Shown here: positions 11,638 to 22,658 of the stretch, piece by piece
How positions within the stretch are numbered: the first letter of the stretch is position 1
How the letters are laid out: every line of letters starts with the position of its first letter
From: Catajapyx aquilonaris
Lineage: Eukaryota
Direction: 5' to 3'
Assembly (NCBI GenBank): GCA_000934665.2
Contig: JYFJ02004145.1
Span: 1-34,472, forward strand
Length of the DNA: 34,472 nt
The notes under the pieces: model-generated
What the model was told of the DNA's origin: nothing
What the model saw: the letters and a program-made list of their open reading frames with translations, nothing else
Database searches by the model: none
Made by a program: the position numbers and the translations under genes

Positions 11638-12449
11638 TGATCCAAGGCCATGATCCAGGCCCGTACAGTGTCACCCAGCTGGATTGTACTACTTGTCAGT
11701 AGAAAGATTTTTGGCACTAAGCTTATTCTTATTTCTAAGCAGTTGTACCTATGGAGTTGTTATATTTTAGTGGCTAGCTAATACATTAGGTACTGCACTA
11801 ATGTTATGCCTGATTAAATCAACCTTTCTTGGTTCTAAAGCACAATGAACTGTTACCCTTCGGTTCCTAACCTATAGATGCAATTAATTTTGGGGGCGAG
11901 AAAACATATCTAACAGGGATTTCACTCTAATTGTATTCCTCCAGTTGAGTACTGTGTAATGAGAGCTTAACATTGTAATGTAAGGAAATGTAATGTTGGT
12001 TGTTATTCTATTGGCCACTTGTTTGTGTAACTTAGATACTTGTTACCATGTATTCCAGTTGTTGTTTACCTGNCGTGGGGAAACAGGGAGAGGGAGAGGA
12101 TTTCTCTACTGCAACACACACTTTCTGGCGCTTTCTGGCCTGGCCTTCAATCTGGCCCCGACATTGAAACAGACTTTCAAAAGCAAGGAGAGGTGGGAGT
12201 CATTAGTCCCCCTTCGAAACGAAGGAAATACAAATGACTAGGCGTGGCCATTGGCCAGCAGATTACGCCGGACCGGGTGGGAGAAGGAGGCGAGTTTTTA
12301 TCTGGTTTTAGTCCTGTTCCCCACCTTACATCCCCCTTCCCTGAGCCTGGTCCTCATTTTAACCCAATGACCCAATCTTCACAGGCTGGTCCTCAATGTG
12401 ATCCGATACCCCAATTCCCGCAGGCTGGCCCTGCTTTTATTCCCCTTTC

Positions 12450-13100
12450 CCCGCGTCTGGCGCGATGGATAAAAACTTACTCCGTTTTACATCCGGCTCA
12501 AAAGGGGTTTATGCCCACGGATGGCGTAGCAGAGCACAATTTGTCCTGGAGCAACGTCTGGGAGAGGCCAGGAGAAACCGGGCCGACCTGTGTATAGGTG
12601 GGCTCGATTTCTCAGCCGCATATACCTCCGTACCCCATGGTGCCCTCCGAGCTTCCCTGGAAGCTGCCGGAGTGGGGGAGATGTTTGTGGACGTCGTGGA
12701 GGACTTCTGTGGCGGGGGAACGACGCAGATCGTGACGGTGGACGGTCTCACCCTGCCCATCCCAGTCAAAAACGGAATCCGTCAGGGGGATCCGCTGTCA
12801 TGTCTTCTTTTTAATGTGGCGATCGACCAGGTGTTGTGGAGGGTCTGCCCAATGACCACTGCCAAGCACCAGGTATTGTACGCGGATGACGTCACCCTCC
12901 TTGCTGACGATCCGAAGGAGCTCCAGAATGGCTTGGAGGTGGTGGAGAGACAGGCAGCCAGGATTTCCATCTTGGTGAATCCCAAGACAACCACCAACCA
13001 AGTCACCATGCATTTTTCAAGAAGGACCCCGGTGGGAACCAGGCCCACTGCCTTTTTTCTCGGAGGGCGCACTTGGATGGAGAAAAAACCATGTTCCTAG
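12450..13100 (+). mobile_element. Utopia/NeSL (R2-group) non-LTR reverse transcriptase fragment
   Basis: LHPAQKGFMPTDGVAEHN, a frameshift, then LDFSAAYTSVPH, GIRQGDPLSCLLFN and YADD. Confidence 0.85.
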
Positions 13101-13149
13101 GCAGGCCGGTGGGGTTCCAGGGCCTGACGGACTACTGTAGTCCCAACAA

Positions 13150-14327
13150 GTTCATTCAGACAGGCGAGAGTATACAGTGATGCTGCGAAAAAGTTTACAT
13201 TCTTAACAAAATTAGATGATACAGAAGAAGAGATTTGTGCAGAAGTTAATGCTTTAAGCCAAACATATCCTGAAGATGTGGACATGAACCTGGTTGGAGA
13301 ACTGAAGCATTTTCATCACTATGTTAGACATAGTCAAAGCCATGAACATGATAATCTGACACAAACATCTGTACCAAGTAATATTTAATGACCATGTCCA
13401 GTCTACATTCCCTAATGTAGAAGCAATTATTAGAATGTTCCTTTGTATGATGATTACAAATTGCCAAGGAGAAAGATCCTTTTCTCAGCTGAAGAGGATA
13501 AAAAATGAATTGAGAACAACGTCTCAAGATAAATTATGTTACCTCAGCCTCATGTGCACAGAAAGTGACAAGCTACGCAGTTTATCATTTGATGATATCA
13601 TCAGTGACTTTGCTTTGGCAAGAAGGCAAGTATTCTAACAATTACTCACTAACAAGTGTAACTAACAGGAGTAACAGGGTACAATGGTTTACTGTCCCAA
13701 TGAATAGTGTGGACTACTATGGCGATATTGATATGATATAAAAATGCGTTGTATTAACTACAATTGCATGGTATAGGTTATAAAATTTAATTTCATATTA
13801 ATAAAGTTATGTCTAATTATTAGTAGTTTGCATCATACATTTGTACCTATTATTACTTCATGTTATTATAGATTATATTTAGCAGATGTGTAGAGACTAG
13901 ACTAGATTATGAGTCTTTATTAATTGTGTTACTAAAGGAACTTTTGTTTTTGCCAAATGAAAATGTGTTTGCATTATTAACTTTGATATGAATAAAAAAA
14001 TCATGCTCAGCGCGGAGGAAAAGAGCAGATGGGAGCCACAAGCTATGCATACATTCGACACCCAAACTCTTGCAAAAGCTCTTGTTAGTATACTTCTTAA
14101 TTGTATTTCAGTTCAACAATGTCTTTGATAAAATACATCTTTTGTTATGTGCAAATGGCTTTAGATACCTATTAGGTACAGAAATTACCATATAGCATGT
14201 ATTCAACACAAAAAAACAGCGATAGTTTGTTGTTGAAAAAATTGACAGCTGGACATACTGTATAAAGGACGAAGGGCCCCATTACCTTCAGTAGCTTAGG
14301 GCCTCATCAAACCTAAATCCGGCCCTG
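13150..14327 (+). mobile_element. hAT transposon 3' part (ZMYM1-like dimerization domain, 3' UTR, right TIR)
   Basis: FPNVEAIIRMFLCMMITNCQGERSFSQLKRIKNELR with stop at 13638. Ends CTAAATCCGGCCCTG (CAGGGCCGGATTTAG TIR). Confidence 0.88.
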
Positions 14328-15447
14328 AATTGTGTGGAAGACTATCTGCAAGGGTAGTCCTGGCATGAATGTGAAGAAGTTTGCTCCGCGAAGGATAGGC
14401 AAAGGAGAGGCTTGCAGGAAGCGCCTTCTCTTTGGGGAAGGAAGCAAGAAGAAGCGGGTATGGGAGCGATCAATGCCACTGGGTGACAAACATTACGGCC
14501 CCCATGCTCCTCCCACGCCTGATCTCCCGATTGCAGAATTCGAGAAAGAGTGTGACAAGATCATGGGGGACTTAAAGGTGTCCGATGAGGAAAGGGCACA
14601 AATCGAGCGAGATACAAAAGACCAGAGTCTCAGCGATCTCTGGACGGAGAGGCGTCAGGGTCGCCTGACTGCTTCGTAAGAGTCTGCTAAATGAATGCTT
14701 GGACTTCATGTCATGCTACAGTGAAGGTCTTACTCTACCAAGTTGGATTGGACTCGGCCCCTAATCTATACGGTAGAGTACAGGAGGCTGTAGCTGTTAG
14801 CATGTACGAGAATTCCAACAGTGTCAAGGTCGAGTGCGCTGGTCTTTTTATCCACCCGACTCATTGTTTCCTTGCCGCTTCGCCTGATGGCTTGATTGGC
14901 GATGACGGTTTGCTGGAAGTGAAGTGTCCCTTCACCATCAGGAACATGGATCCGATTTGAGGGCATTGATTCTGTGATAGTTTTACTTTTGACTTACAAT
15001 GTACATGCTGGAATTATTTACTTATTGTATCATACGTTTTTGTGCCATACTATCCATCTTACCTATATCCTTACCCACAATACTGTTCGTCACCTTATAT
15101 AAACCTGTACAGTACAACCCGTTCACCGAGGCCTTCGGTCTCTTCTAGTTGTTGAGGCCACTGGTCATCCCCTTTGTCCAACCTTTTCCATCCCCCCCTC
15201 ACATATTGTTTTGTTTCGTTTCCCACGGTTGGTTTGAAATACATCGAGGACATTCATTGAATCCACTTGTCATCTTTTGAACCTTTTTACCTATTTCCCT
15301 CTCACTCTATTTAGGCCGATTCGGTCACAATTCTATCCCAAAGAGTAGAGCTTCCTGCACAGTCGACGGTCAAGGCAACCTGCACCTGAAGCGCTCTCAT
15401 AATTATTACTACAAAGTTCAAGGGCAGTTGCACATCACGGGAAGTGT
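14328..15447 (+). mobile_element. Second YqaJ-domain TE gene fragment, split by an insertion
   Basis: TKDQSLSDLWTERRQGRLTAS and GLFIHPTHCFLAASPDGLIGDDGLLEVKCP. Resumes at about 15350 as LHLKRSHNYYYKVQGQLHITG. Confidence 0.85.
14975..15340 (+). mobile_element. Insertion in the YqaJ gene containing a Helitron-like 3' end
   Basis: Hairpin GAGGCC-TTC-GGTCTC (15128-15142) followed by CTAG (15145-15148) and T. Confidence 0.4.
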
Positions 15448-15449
15448 GA

Positions 15450-15864
15450 GGCGCCAGGACGGGAGGTTGGAGCACTATGACCTCTCTAAATAACATAGGT
15501 GCACATGGTATGAAACTGAATATTCAGATGAGAACGAAATGGATTTTGATAAATGTAACGTATTAGAACATGGATACTTCCCTATTGGAAATGATATTTG
15601 TACTGTACCCAAACAGTGCATCAAAAAGTGGACAATAATCGTATTATTGTAGCTCCGTCTGAATTACAAAAAGTGTCGCAGTTTCTCCTTCAGCAATAAG
15701 GGTAAGGGTCATTCAGACAGTGACCAGTTTTTTTCTGAATGAACCTAATACTTGCTTGCTAGGTATTCCTAGCATAAATTATGAGTTAAGATTAGGGTTC
15801 AGGTTCCGCGAAAGAATTATGAAGTAAATATGGTTCCGCGGCCCAAATAGTTTGAGAACCGCTG
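15450..15864. mobile_element. hAT (Charlie-type) terminus
   Basis: Subterminal GGTTCCGCG twice. Ends GTTTGAGAACCGCTG, followed by GTCTATAG, which resembles the Charlie target site. Confidence 0.65.
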
Positions 15865-16249
15865 GTCTATAGTATCACAGAAACAGTGTTGACGTGTGTT
15901 TCTGTTTGGGAAATATTTGCAATAAAATGGGATATCTCTAAGGAAATATTATGAATTTCAGCAACTTTTCTGGACGTAACACTGCCTCATCCTTGAATCT
16001 ACCAATTTTCACTAACTATTCTAGGCAGTCTGCAAGTGGGTCTGATGGCTATGACATGCATACACACTTTCTGTTTTATATTAGCATATAAGGGGTGGTG
16101 ACAACCATCCAAGCATCCATCTTAATTATGAACACTGATTAACTATGTAGACTAATTGATACAGTTCCTATTAGTAATTCAGAAAAAAACAATAACTAAT
16201 GCACATAATAATGACGTTATGTCCATCTCAACAATTAATCCAACGTAGA

Positions 16250-18577
16250 TTATTCGATCCAAACCTCCATAAGGAGCTTCAAGACATCAACTTCAGCAAA
16301 CTCCTTCCAGGATTGACTCTGCCTCACCTCCTTAGAATGTGACAGGATGAACTGTATGCATGGATCCTTGAGTGTCGGCAAGTCTAACAAGACTGCATGA
16401 GTCAGAATGTTTAGTACAATTATTTACTAATTTGATTGTTGCATGAAATTTCATATCCTTTATTGAGTGTATAGTATATTCATTTCGAGGCGAGGCTTAA
16501 TTATATTTTGACACATTTGAGGCGTTCAGAGCACACTCGGTCTAAGTTCACTTTTTAAAAATTCCCTGTTTTCGCGCCGAGCATCTTGCAAAGGGGAAGT
16601 AAAAATAAGTGGAACATATTGAATTACTATTACTCCCGCCCCATATAAGCGCAATGCGCATGAAAAGGTGTACCCAAAAATCAATTGAATTATTATTAAC
16701 TCTTTATGCTAATGAATGAAGTGATTTAATGTGCAAATAGCAATAATATATTATTATTATTCTAGCTGGCTTCATAAATGCCAATTTATTATGTCTTTTT
16801 CTTTTGGTCAAGGACTCAATGATACGGCGCGACATACCTACATTCAACTTTTTCATTTTCAGAAACTTTCGCGGCGGAAAAGCGCCCTCCTGAAGGCGTC
16901 GGCAGAGGCCGGCCGCAGAAAAAAAATCTTGGAGGTGCTGACTAAGGAATATATGAGCAGCGAGGAGAGCGCCGCTGACGAGGATGCGGATGAAGGATCA
17001 ACCAGGACATTTGTTGTCAAACAACTGCCCCGGAGGAGCAGAAAAGTAAAAAGAATTTTCCGCAAGTTGGATGACATGCACCAACTGACCACCACAAAGA
17101 GGGGTGGAGACCTCATGGTCAAGCGTTCCTATGAGTCGGAGGTCATTTCTGAGAGGCGGCCTCCGACTGACGCCCCTCAATGGGCAGTCTGCTCCACAGC
17201 GGGATATACTCGTGGCCATGCTGAACACGAGGAGGAGGAGGAGGAGGAGGATTACATAAATTAAGGTAGTCACAAACCCCTTATGGGAATTAAATACCGT
17301 AAATGAAAGAGTAGATAATAATTGCTCATGTATTAGCTGCAAGCATTCGACATGGACAACACAAGCGAACCCACTTGATCATTTAATTGACTTTTTATTT
17401 CTTTGACTTTTTTCTTCAATTCAAAGGAGGATGTGATCTGTCTGTCCAGGCGTTCCAAGGCCGGACAGACAGCTGTGCATAGTCAAGCAAAGAAACCGTG
17501 CATATGTATCTACGCGCCGTGGGAATGTACCTTCACGCCAAGGGTGTAGAGAGAGTATATGCAGGACAAAGTATATCGTTATTCTCTTCACTCCGCGGTG
17601 AATAGGCAAGGGAAGATCGCCTATGCTCAGAGTGAAGGTGAAAGCCAGTGTGGCTATCCAAGCCTGAGCAATAGCGTGCGGTCACATATTTCGTAAGGGT
17701 GTAGGTGAGCTAAAGGCATCCATTTCTTCTAGTGATGTCAACAGTCAAAATTCTGCTGACACGCTTCACCATTAGATGCAGAAGACGCGGGATCTGATAC
17801 TTGTGAGCAGCAAGCAACAGATCCATGGCCAGCTCCGCCGTCACATCTTCAGGGGCTTCATCACTGTACATGAAGCTAATGAGGCCTCTCAGGACATCTG
17901 GTTTGAAGTCCTGAATGATCACCCTTCCAGTCTTCTTTTCCTCAGTATCGTGGTCAAACATGGCTGCAAACACAGGGCTCCGGGCACACAGAATGAACTT
18001 GTGCACTGGAAGTTCTGTTCCGTCGCTTACCACCAGAATTACATCCCTGCCAACCTGGGACTCCAGCATGGACTTTGAGACCTCGAGCAATCCACAGCCA
18101 AGAACTTCATGTGTATTTTTACAGTTTGCATCCAACAGTACTTCTCCATTGCAAATCAACGTTAGAGTTACCTTTGGAAAAAGGTCAGATGATCTTTCTT
18201 TTAAGACTTTGTTTTCAATGAACGTATAGGACACACCCAACAGCAACTTTTCCCATAAAATGGGTTGATATTTCCAGCAGGAACCCCAGTGTAGTCCGTT
18301 TTGTTGACACTCTTAATGGTGAGTGAAAATGTGGTAAGGAATTGGAGATGTGTGTCAGAAACGCAGTCAAACTAAATAGAGACGTGACTCCGATTAGCAA
18401 CTGGCATCTCGCCTTGGGGATCCATTTTGCTGACTTCAATCCACTGACGGTGAACGGGTCAGAAGCATATGATATTTTATCCGTTTCAGAATAGGGAGTG
18501 TACTAGTTGTCAATGGTCCATTTGAAGCTAAATGGCTTCGCATCTGCTGTAGTGAGGTATTTCTGTCTGGTAGTCAT
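16250..18577 (-). pseudogene. MATH-BTB/POZ (SPOP/roadkill-like) pseudogene interrupted by an EnSpm fragment
   Basis: ATG at 18577 after a pyrimidine-rich acceptor. FKWTIDN* (stop at 18503-18505). BTB DVILVVSDGTELPVHKFILCARSPVFAAMF. The C-terminus IVLNILTHAVLLDLPTLKDPCIQFI...WKEF resumes at 16420 with stop at 16250-16252. Confidence 0.88.
16421..17734 (+). mobile_element. EnSpm/CACTA fragment: accessory-ORF last exon plus right TIR
   Basis: EYMSSEES...LPRRSRKVKRIFRKLD (C14orf93-like motif). Ends GGCATCCATTTCTTCTAGTG (CACTAG on the reverse strand). AT flanks both sides. Confidence 0.7.
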
Positions 18578-18996
18578 TTTTTGCCAATCAACTGTGAAAA
18601 GCAAGAACAAAGGTAACTTTATAATAACAAAAATATATCCAAGTAACACAATTAATAAGTTTACGCATATTATTATCAGCTTTCATATGTAGCATTAGCA
18701 TGTAACTTCAATGTTTAAAAAACTGAAAATGAGCCTAACATGCCTATATCTCAGTTTTGCTATTGAAGATAACCTATGTTGTATAGATACGGTACTTCAA
18801 ATTTCGAAATTTTTAAATTTTTGATTTGCATTGTTGTTATTATTATTATTAATAATGATATTATAATCTTGTGCATGCTTTGTATTAAATACAAACAAAA
18901 TTGTTGGCCAACGACCCGTCGAGATATTCACTTTAAAAGTATGATGGGAAGAAACATGTAGATACTTGAATATTCCCGGCCTATCGCAAAGCAGAC

Positions 18997-19132
18997 ATGT
19001 ACGACAGGCGGGGTATTTCCCGAGGCACTTGCAGAGTGTGCGAGTGTACGGAATATGAGCTGCCAGAGGAGGGGCACAAGTGTGGATACTGCCTCCATTC
19101 ACCAGTGGAACGACACAGGCTCCGAGCAGCAG
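18997..19132 (+). other. Isolated first exon encoding a Cys/His metal-binding motif
   Basis: MYDRRGISRGTCRVCECTEYELPEEGHKCGYCLHSPVERH followed by a GTAAGC donor. Too short for the ORF track, and the source gene is unknown. Confidence 0.45.
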
Positions 19133-19239
19133 GTAAGCAGTTCTAGGCCTAGCCTGTGCCTCTTCCAATCCCTTATTGTTACTGCTCGTATAATAGTCAG
19201 TTGTCAGTGTAACTACTGCATTTGGTAAAACCAGGAACG

Positions 19240-19548
19240 AAAATCACACGTAAATCTCTCCTCCTACGCGTGTCAATTGCACACGCTAGGACGCACATAG
19301 TGGCGGCAAGACAGGATGGAATCCACCTTTCAAGGCCGACAACTTTTCAAGTGGGAGATCTGGTACCCAAACGTGCTCGGACCCTGTCCAACCACGCGGA
19401 AGGTGTCTCCGCGTCGATGGCTCATCCATAGGAAGGTCCTTACCGCATCAGGGAGTGACCGTCTCCAAATACTTTCCTCCTAAATCTAGAGGATATGGAA
19501 GGGAAGTCCGATGGGATCCTGTGGGCAGCAAATGACCTCGAACCTTAA
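19240..19548 (+). mobile_element. Gypsy integrase C-terminal (GPY/F) fragment
   Basis: FQVGDLVPKRARTLS...MAHP*EGPYRI...SPNTFLL...NDLEP*. Confidence 0.8.
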
Positions 19549-19798
19549 GTGCAGGAGATAGCTCATGAAATGGGCATCTCAGTGGACCAGGTACATCACA
19601 TTCTCACTGAAGAGTTGGGCATGAGGAAGCTGTCGGCGAGTGGTGCCGCGCCTGCTGACACCGGAGCAAAAACGCGTTCGCGCGGTCAATTCAAATGAAT
19701 GTTTGGCGCTTCTCCAGAGGAATCCTCAAGAGTTTCTGCGTCGTTATATCACCATGGATGTAACATGGGTCCACCATTACACGTCTGAGACAAAGGAA
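19549..19798 (+). mobile_element. mariner transposase internal fragment
   Basis: EIAHEMGISVDQVHHILTEELGMRKLSA, (W)VPRLLTPEQK and YITMDVTWVHHY. Confidence 0.9.
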
Positions 19799-19890
19799 AT
19801 TCTTGGGTGGTTCGGGCCCAAGTACATATACATTCAAACACAGTGGCAACGAAATCGGGCCACATTCAAACATAACTAATTTTGTCATAG

Positions 19891-20212
19891 GATCGAAGGG
19901 CGCGGCCCTCAATACTACAAGCTGGAAATCAAGCTGCTGAAGGGCATTGTGGCCCCAGATACCACTAAAATTCTGTTAGCAGATACAATTCGCTTCAGCT
20001 TCCGAAAGGCAACATTTGGTAGGCCAAGTATATAAACGTGCTGATGTTCAGGGCCGCTTTCTTGACAAGTACTTACGAGTTACAACGTATTTTCCCCTTT
20101 TATTCCTACAGGCAAGCGGTGGACATCTCTAATGATTGTTGGGGAACTAAAACGCAACCCGAAGGCTGTCAAATTTAACATACCCGAGACAGACCTGGAG
20201 GGCCAAGACTAA
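19891..20212 (+). pseudogene. Two-exon fragment (19891-20018, 20112-20212) resembling a CS/p23-like domain
   Basis: Phase-compatible GT-AG intron. YYKLEIKLLKGIVAPDTTKILLADTIRFSFRKATF/GKRWTSLMIVGELKRNPKAVKFN fits the CS-domain pattern. Confidence 0.4.
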
Positions 20213-20769
20213 ACGGAATGGAGAGGTAGGAAATTGATTTACTATTATAAACACATACGTAACTTACACCATTTTTTGTTCAAGGAACCGGGGGTATTGG
20301 TGCGAACATTGCAGGGACCATTTTTACGAACTAATTAACTATAGAAGGCACGTCACGTCGATGCAATGACGTCGGTAAAGAGATACAAAAATGTCGTCTA
20401 TCTCATCATCCTCCCTTCCATTAAGTCCTCTGCTGTACCTAACCACTCACCAGAGGATTCAGTATTGGTTTATGACACTGTTTGTTGTGTGTCCCTGGTC
20501 ATCGCTGGCTACCCTATTAGGCCTACAGGATTATGCCATGAGGTTATGAATGAATGAATTTTGTGGGTCACATTCATCCTTTGCACACTTTCTTCGCACT
20601 GAAGTAGGTTAGTTAGAGTTGAGGTTGCAGCTCACCTGGCCTTTGTATAGAGTGGCAAAAAATAGCAGCTGAAAAAGGTAGTTCTTATTTTCTGCTACTC
20701 TTGTATTTTAAACAATTTTTTGTGGGATTTTGTCTGCATATGAATTTGCATCCTGGCGCAACATGCATC

Positions 20770-22010
20770 TAGTTTGTCTTGCCTTGATAATGAGGTATTT
20801 ACATGTGAGGTTTGTGGAAAGAGTTACAACAAAAATGACAGCCTCCGGCAGCATAGGTTGCGATGTCGGGGAAAGACTGGACAGCCACACCCTGACAAAG
20901 GCGAGGTCAAGGGCGCATACACATGCGACATCTGTGGCAAAAATTTTCAATACAAGTAGGGTCTCCATCGACATAGGAAGATTCGTAATCTGAATCAGCT
21001 AGTGGGAAATGAACTACTTCTCCACAGGAACTAACTGCTCTTGATAGTATTGCGACATGTGTGAAAAGATGAAAGTGTTTCGCTTGGTAGTGTTTGACAG
21101 TATTGCACGGGAACGTTTTTAGACATTGACAGTCACATTCAGACTGACCGCAAGGACCTGGTAATTGATGCAAATGAGCGTCATATACGATGTCAAGAGA
21201 AACACTGTACCGGTACTTTTGTGACTTTGAAAGACCTCATGCACCACTGGAGCCATTCTCACGACTTTTAAAATCACTGCATGCTAGAGAAAAGCTTGAC
21301 TGATGACGCAGATTTTGAGACTTGGAAGACAGACCTGGAACAAAAGACCTCTACACGTTTTGTGCAAATTACTGGCCCTGTTAGGTACACTGACTATAAG
21401 GTTAAACGTAAGTATTGCATCATGTCAGGAAATTGCAGGGCCCAGGTAGGAAATGACTTTCACAAGAGCAGAAAGATTGAGAGGCATTGCAGAGCACACA
21501 TGGTAATGAAGGTGATGAACTCTTCTGGTGAATATCAGTCATATCACAAGGAGCATTATGGGCATGAGCTGAATCTTGCTTTGCTACCACTAAGCGGCAA
21601 TGACAAGGAACCAATCGCTCACCAGTTGAAGGCCAAGTAATGACACTCTCTTGCATTATGCACGGAAACTCAATAGTGGTGCTGGCGTCTTGCGTAGAAT
21701 GCGCTTACTAACCAAGAATGATATCAAAAACATCGGTAAGTCATATGGGATTGCAAGGCATGGCAATCGCCATGATGACGATGCCACCAGTCTTTTCATG
21801 CGGATGAAGGAAATGGAAGACAAGGGTGATAAGAAGCCAGTGCTCCTTGCAAGTGAACAACAGGGTGCTAATAGCATTGACTCGGCTGATGGCGATTTCA
21901 TTCTTGTAATCCAAACTGAATTCCAACGTCGCGTGATGGAAAAGTTTGCACCAAATAAGGTGGCGTTCCTTGACGGAGTACATGGGACCAACAGCTATGA
22001 TTTTCAGTCC
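20770..22010 (+). mobile_element. MULE/Mutator transposase fragment with N-terminal C2H2 fingers
   Basis: CEVCGKSY...H, CDICGKNF, SRKIERHCRAHM...EHYGHE, RHDDDATSL, DFILVIQTEFQ and LDGVHGTNSYDF. Several stops and frameshifts. Confidence 0.85.
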
Positions 22011-22658
22011 TAGGGAACAGGAAATAGCTGTTTCGGGACCACCCATTGTGTTGCAAACACTTGCTCCGGGGGAACCCCAGGTGCACTTTCCGGCCACCAG
22101 TGCGTACTTGAAGTGGAGGAACACTGTAATGTACTCAGAGGGAAGAAAAAAAAGAAGCGGGAAGAAGAAGGGAGGCCGGGGCGGTGGACGGGGGCGGTGG
22201 ACGGGGGCGGGGGCTACAAGCGAGGGCCTGACCCGCCCGAATCCACGTTCGCTGCCATGGCCGTGGCCGTTATGCAGGGCGAACCCTCAACAGTGAAAAC
22301 ATCTGGCAGTTCCGATGATGGGGACGTCTTGCTGCTGCACCCTTCGGACGAGGACCTGGCCATTTGCTCCGGTGGGGATGCTGAGTGTACTACCTGACTC
22401 ATGTGCTGCGACAATTTGGTTTTTGCTTTTGTTTTTTTTTTTTCTTCCCCTCTTCATTTTTAGGACGAGGACGTTTCGCGTTTTTTTTTTAAAAATATAT
22501 TCTTATTGTCAATGTAATTGTTGGTTGTTTCTCGTTTGATTTTCGACTTGTACTACTGTATTCTCCCGTACTCCGCCATACTGTTGTACAATTTTGTACT
22601 GCTGTTCCTCCCCCCTTTCCTCTCTCCCCCTCTCCTCTCTTTGTGAAGGGCGGGCATA

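Noticed and set aside
10490..15447. YqaJ domains as prophage recombinases
   Set aside because: No phage context. This domain type is common in animal DNA transposons.
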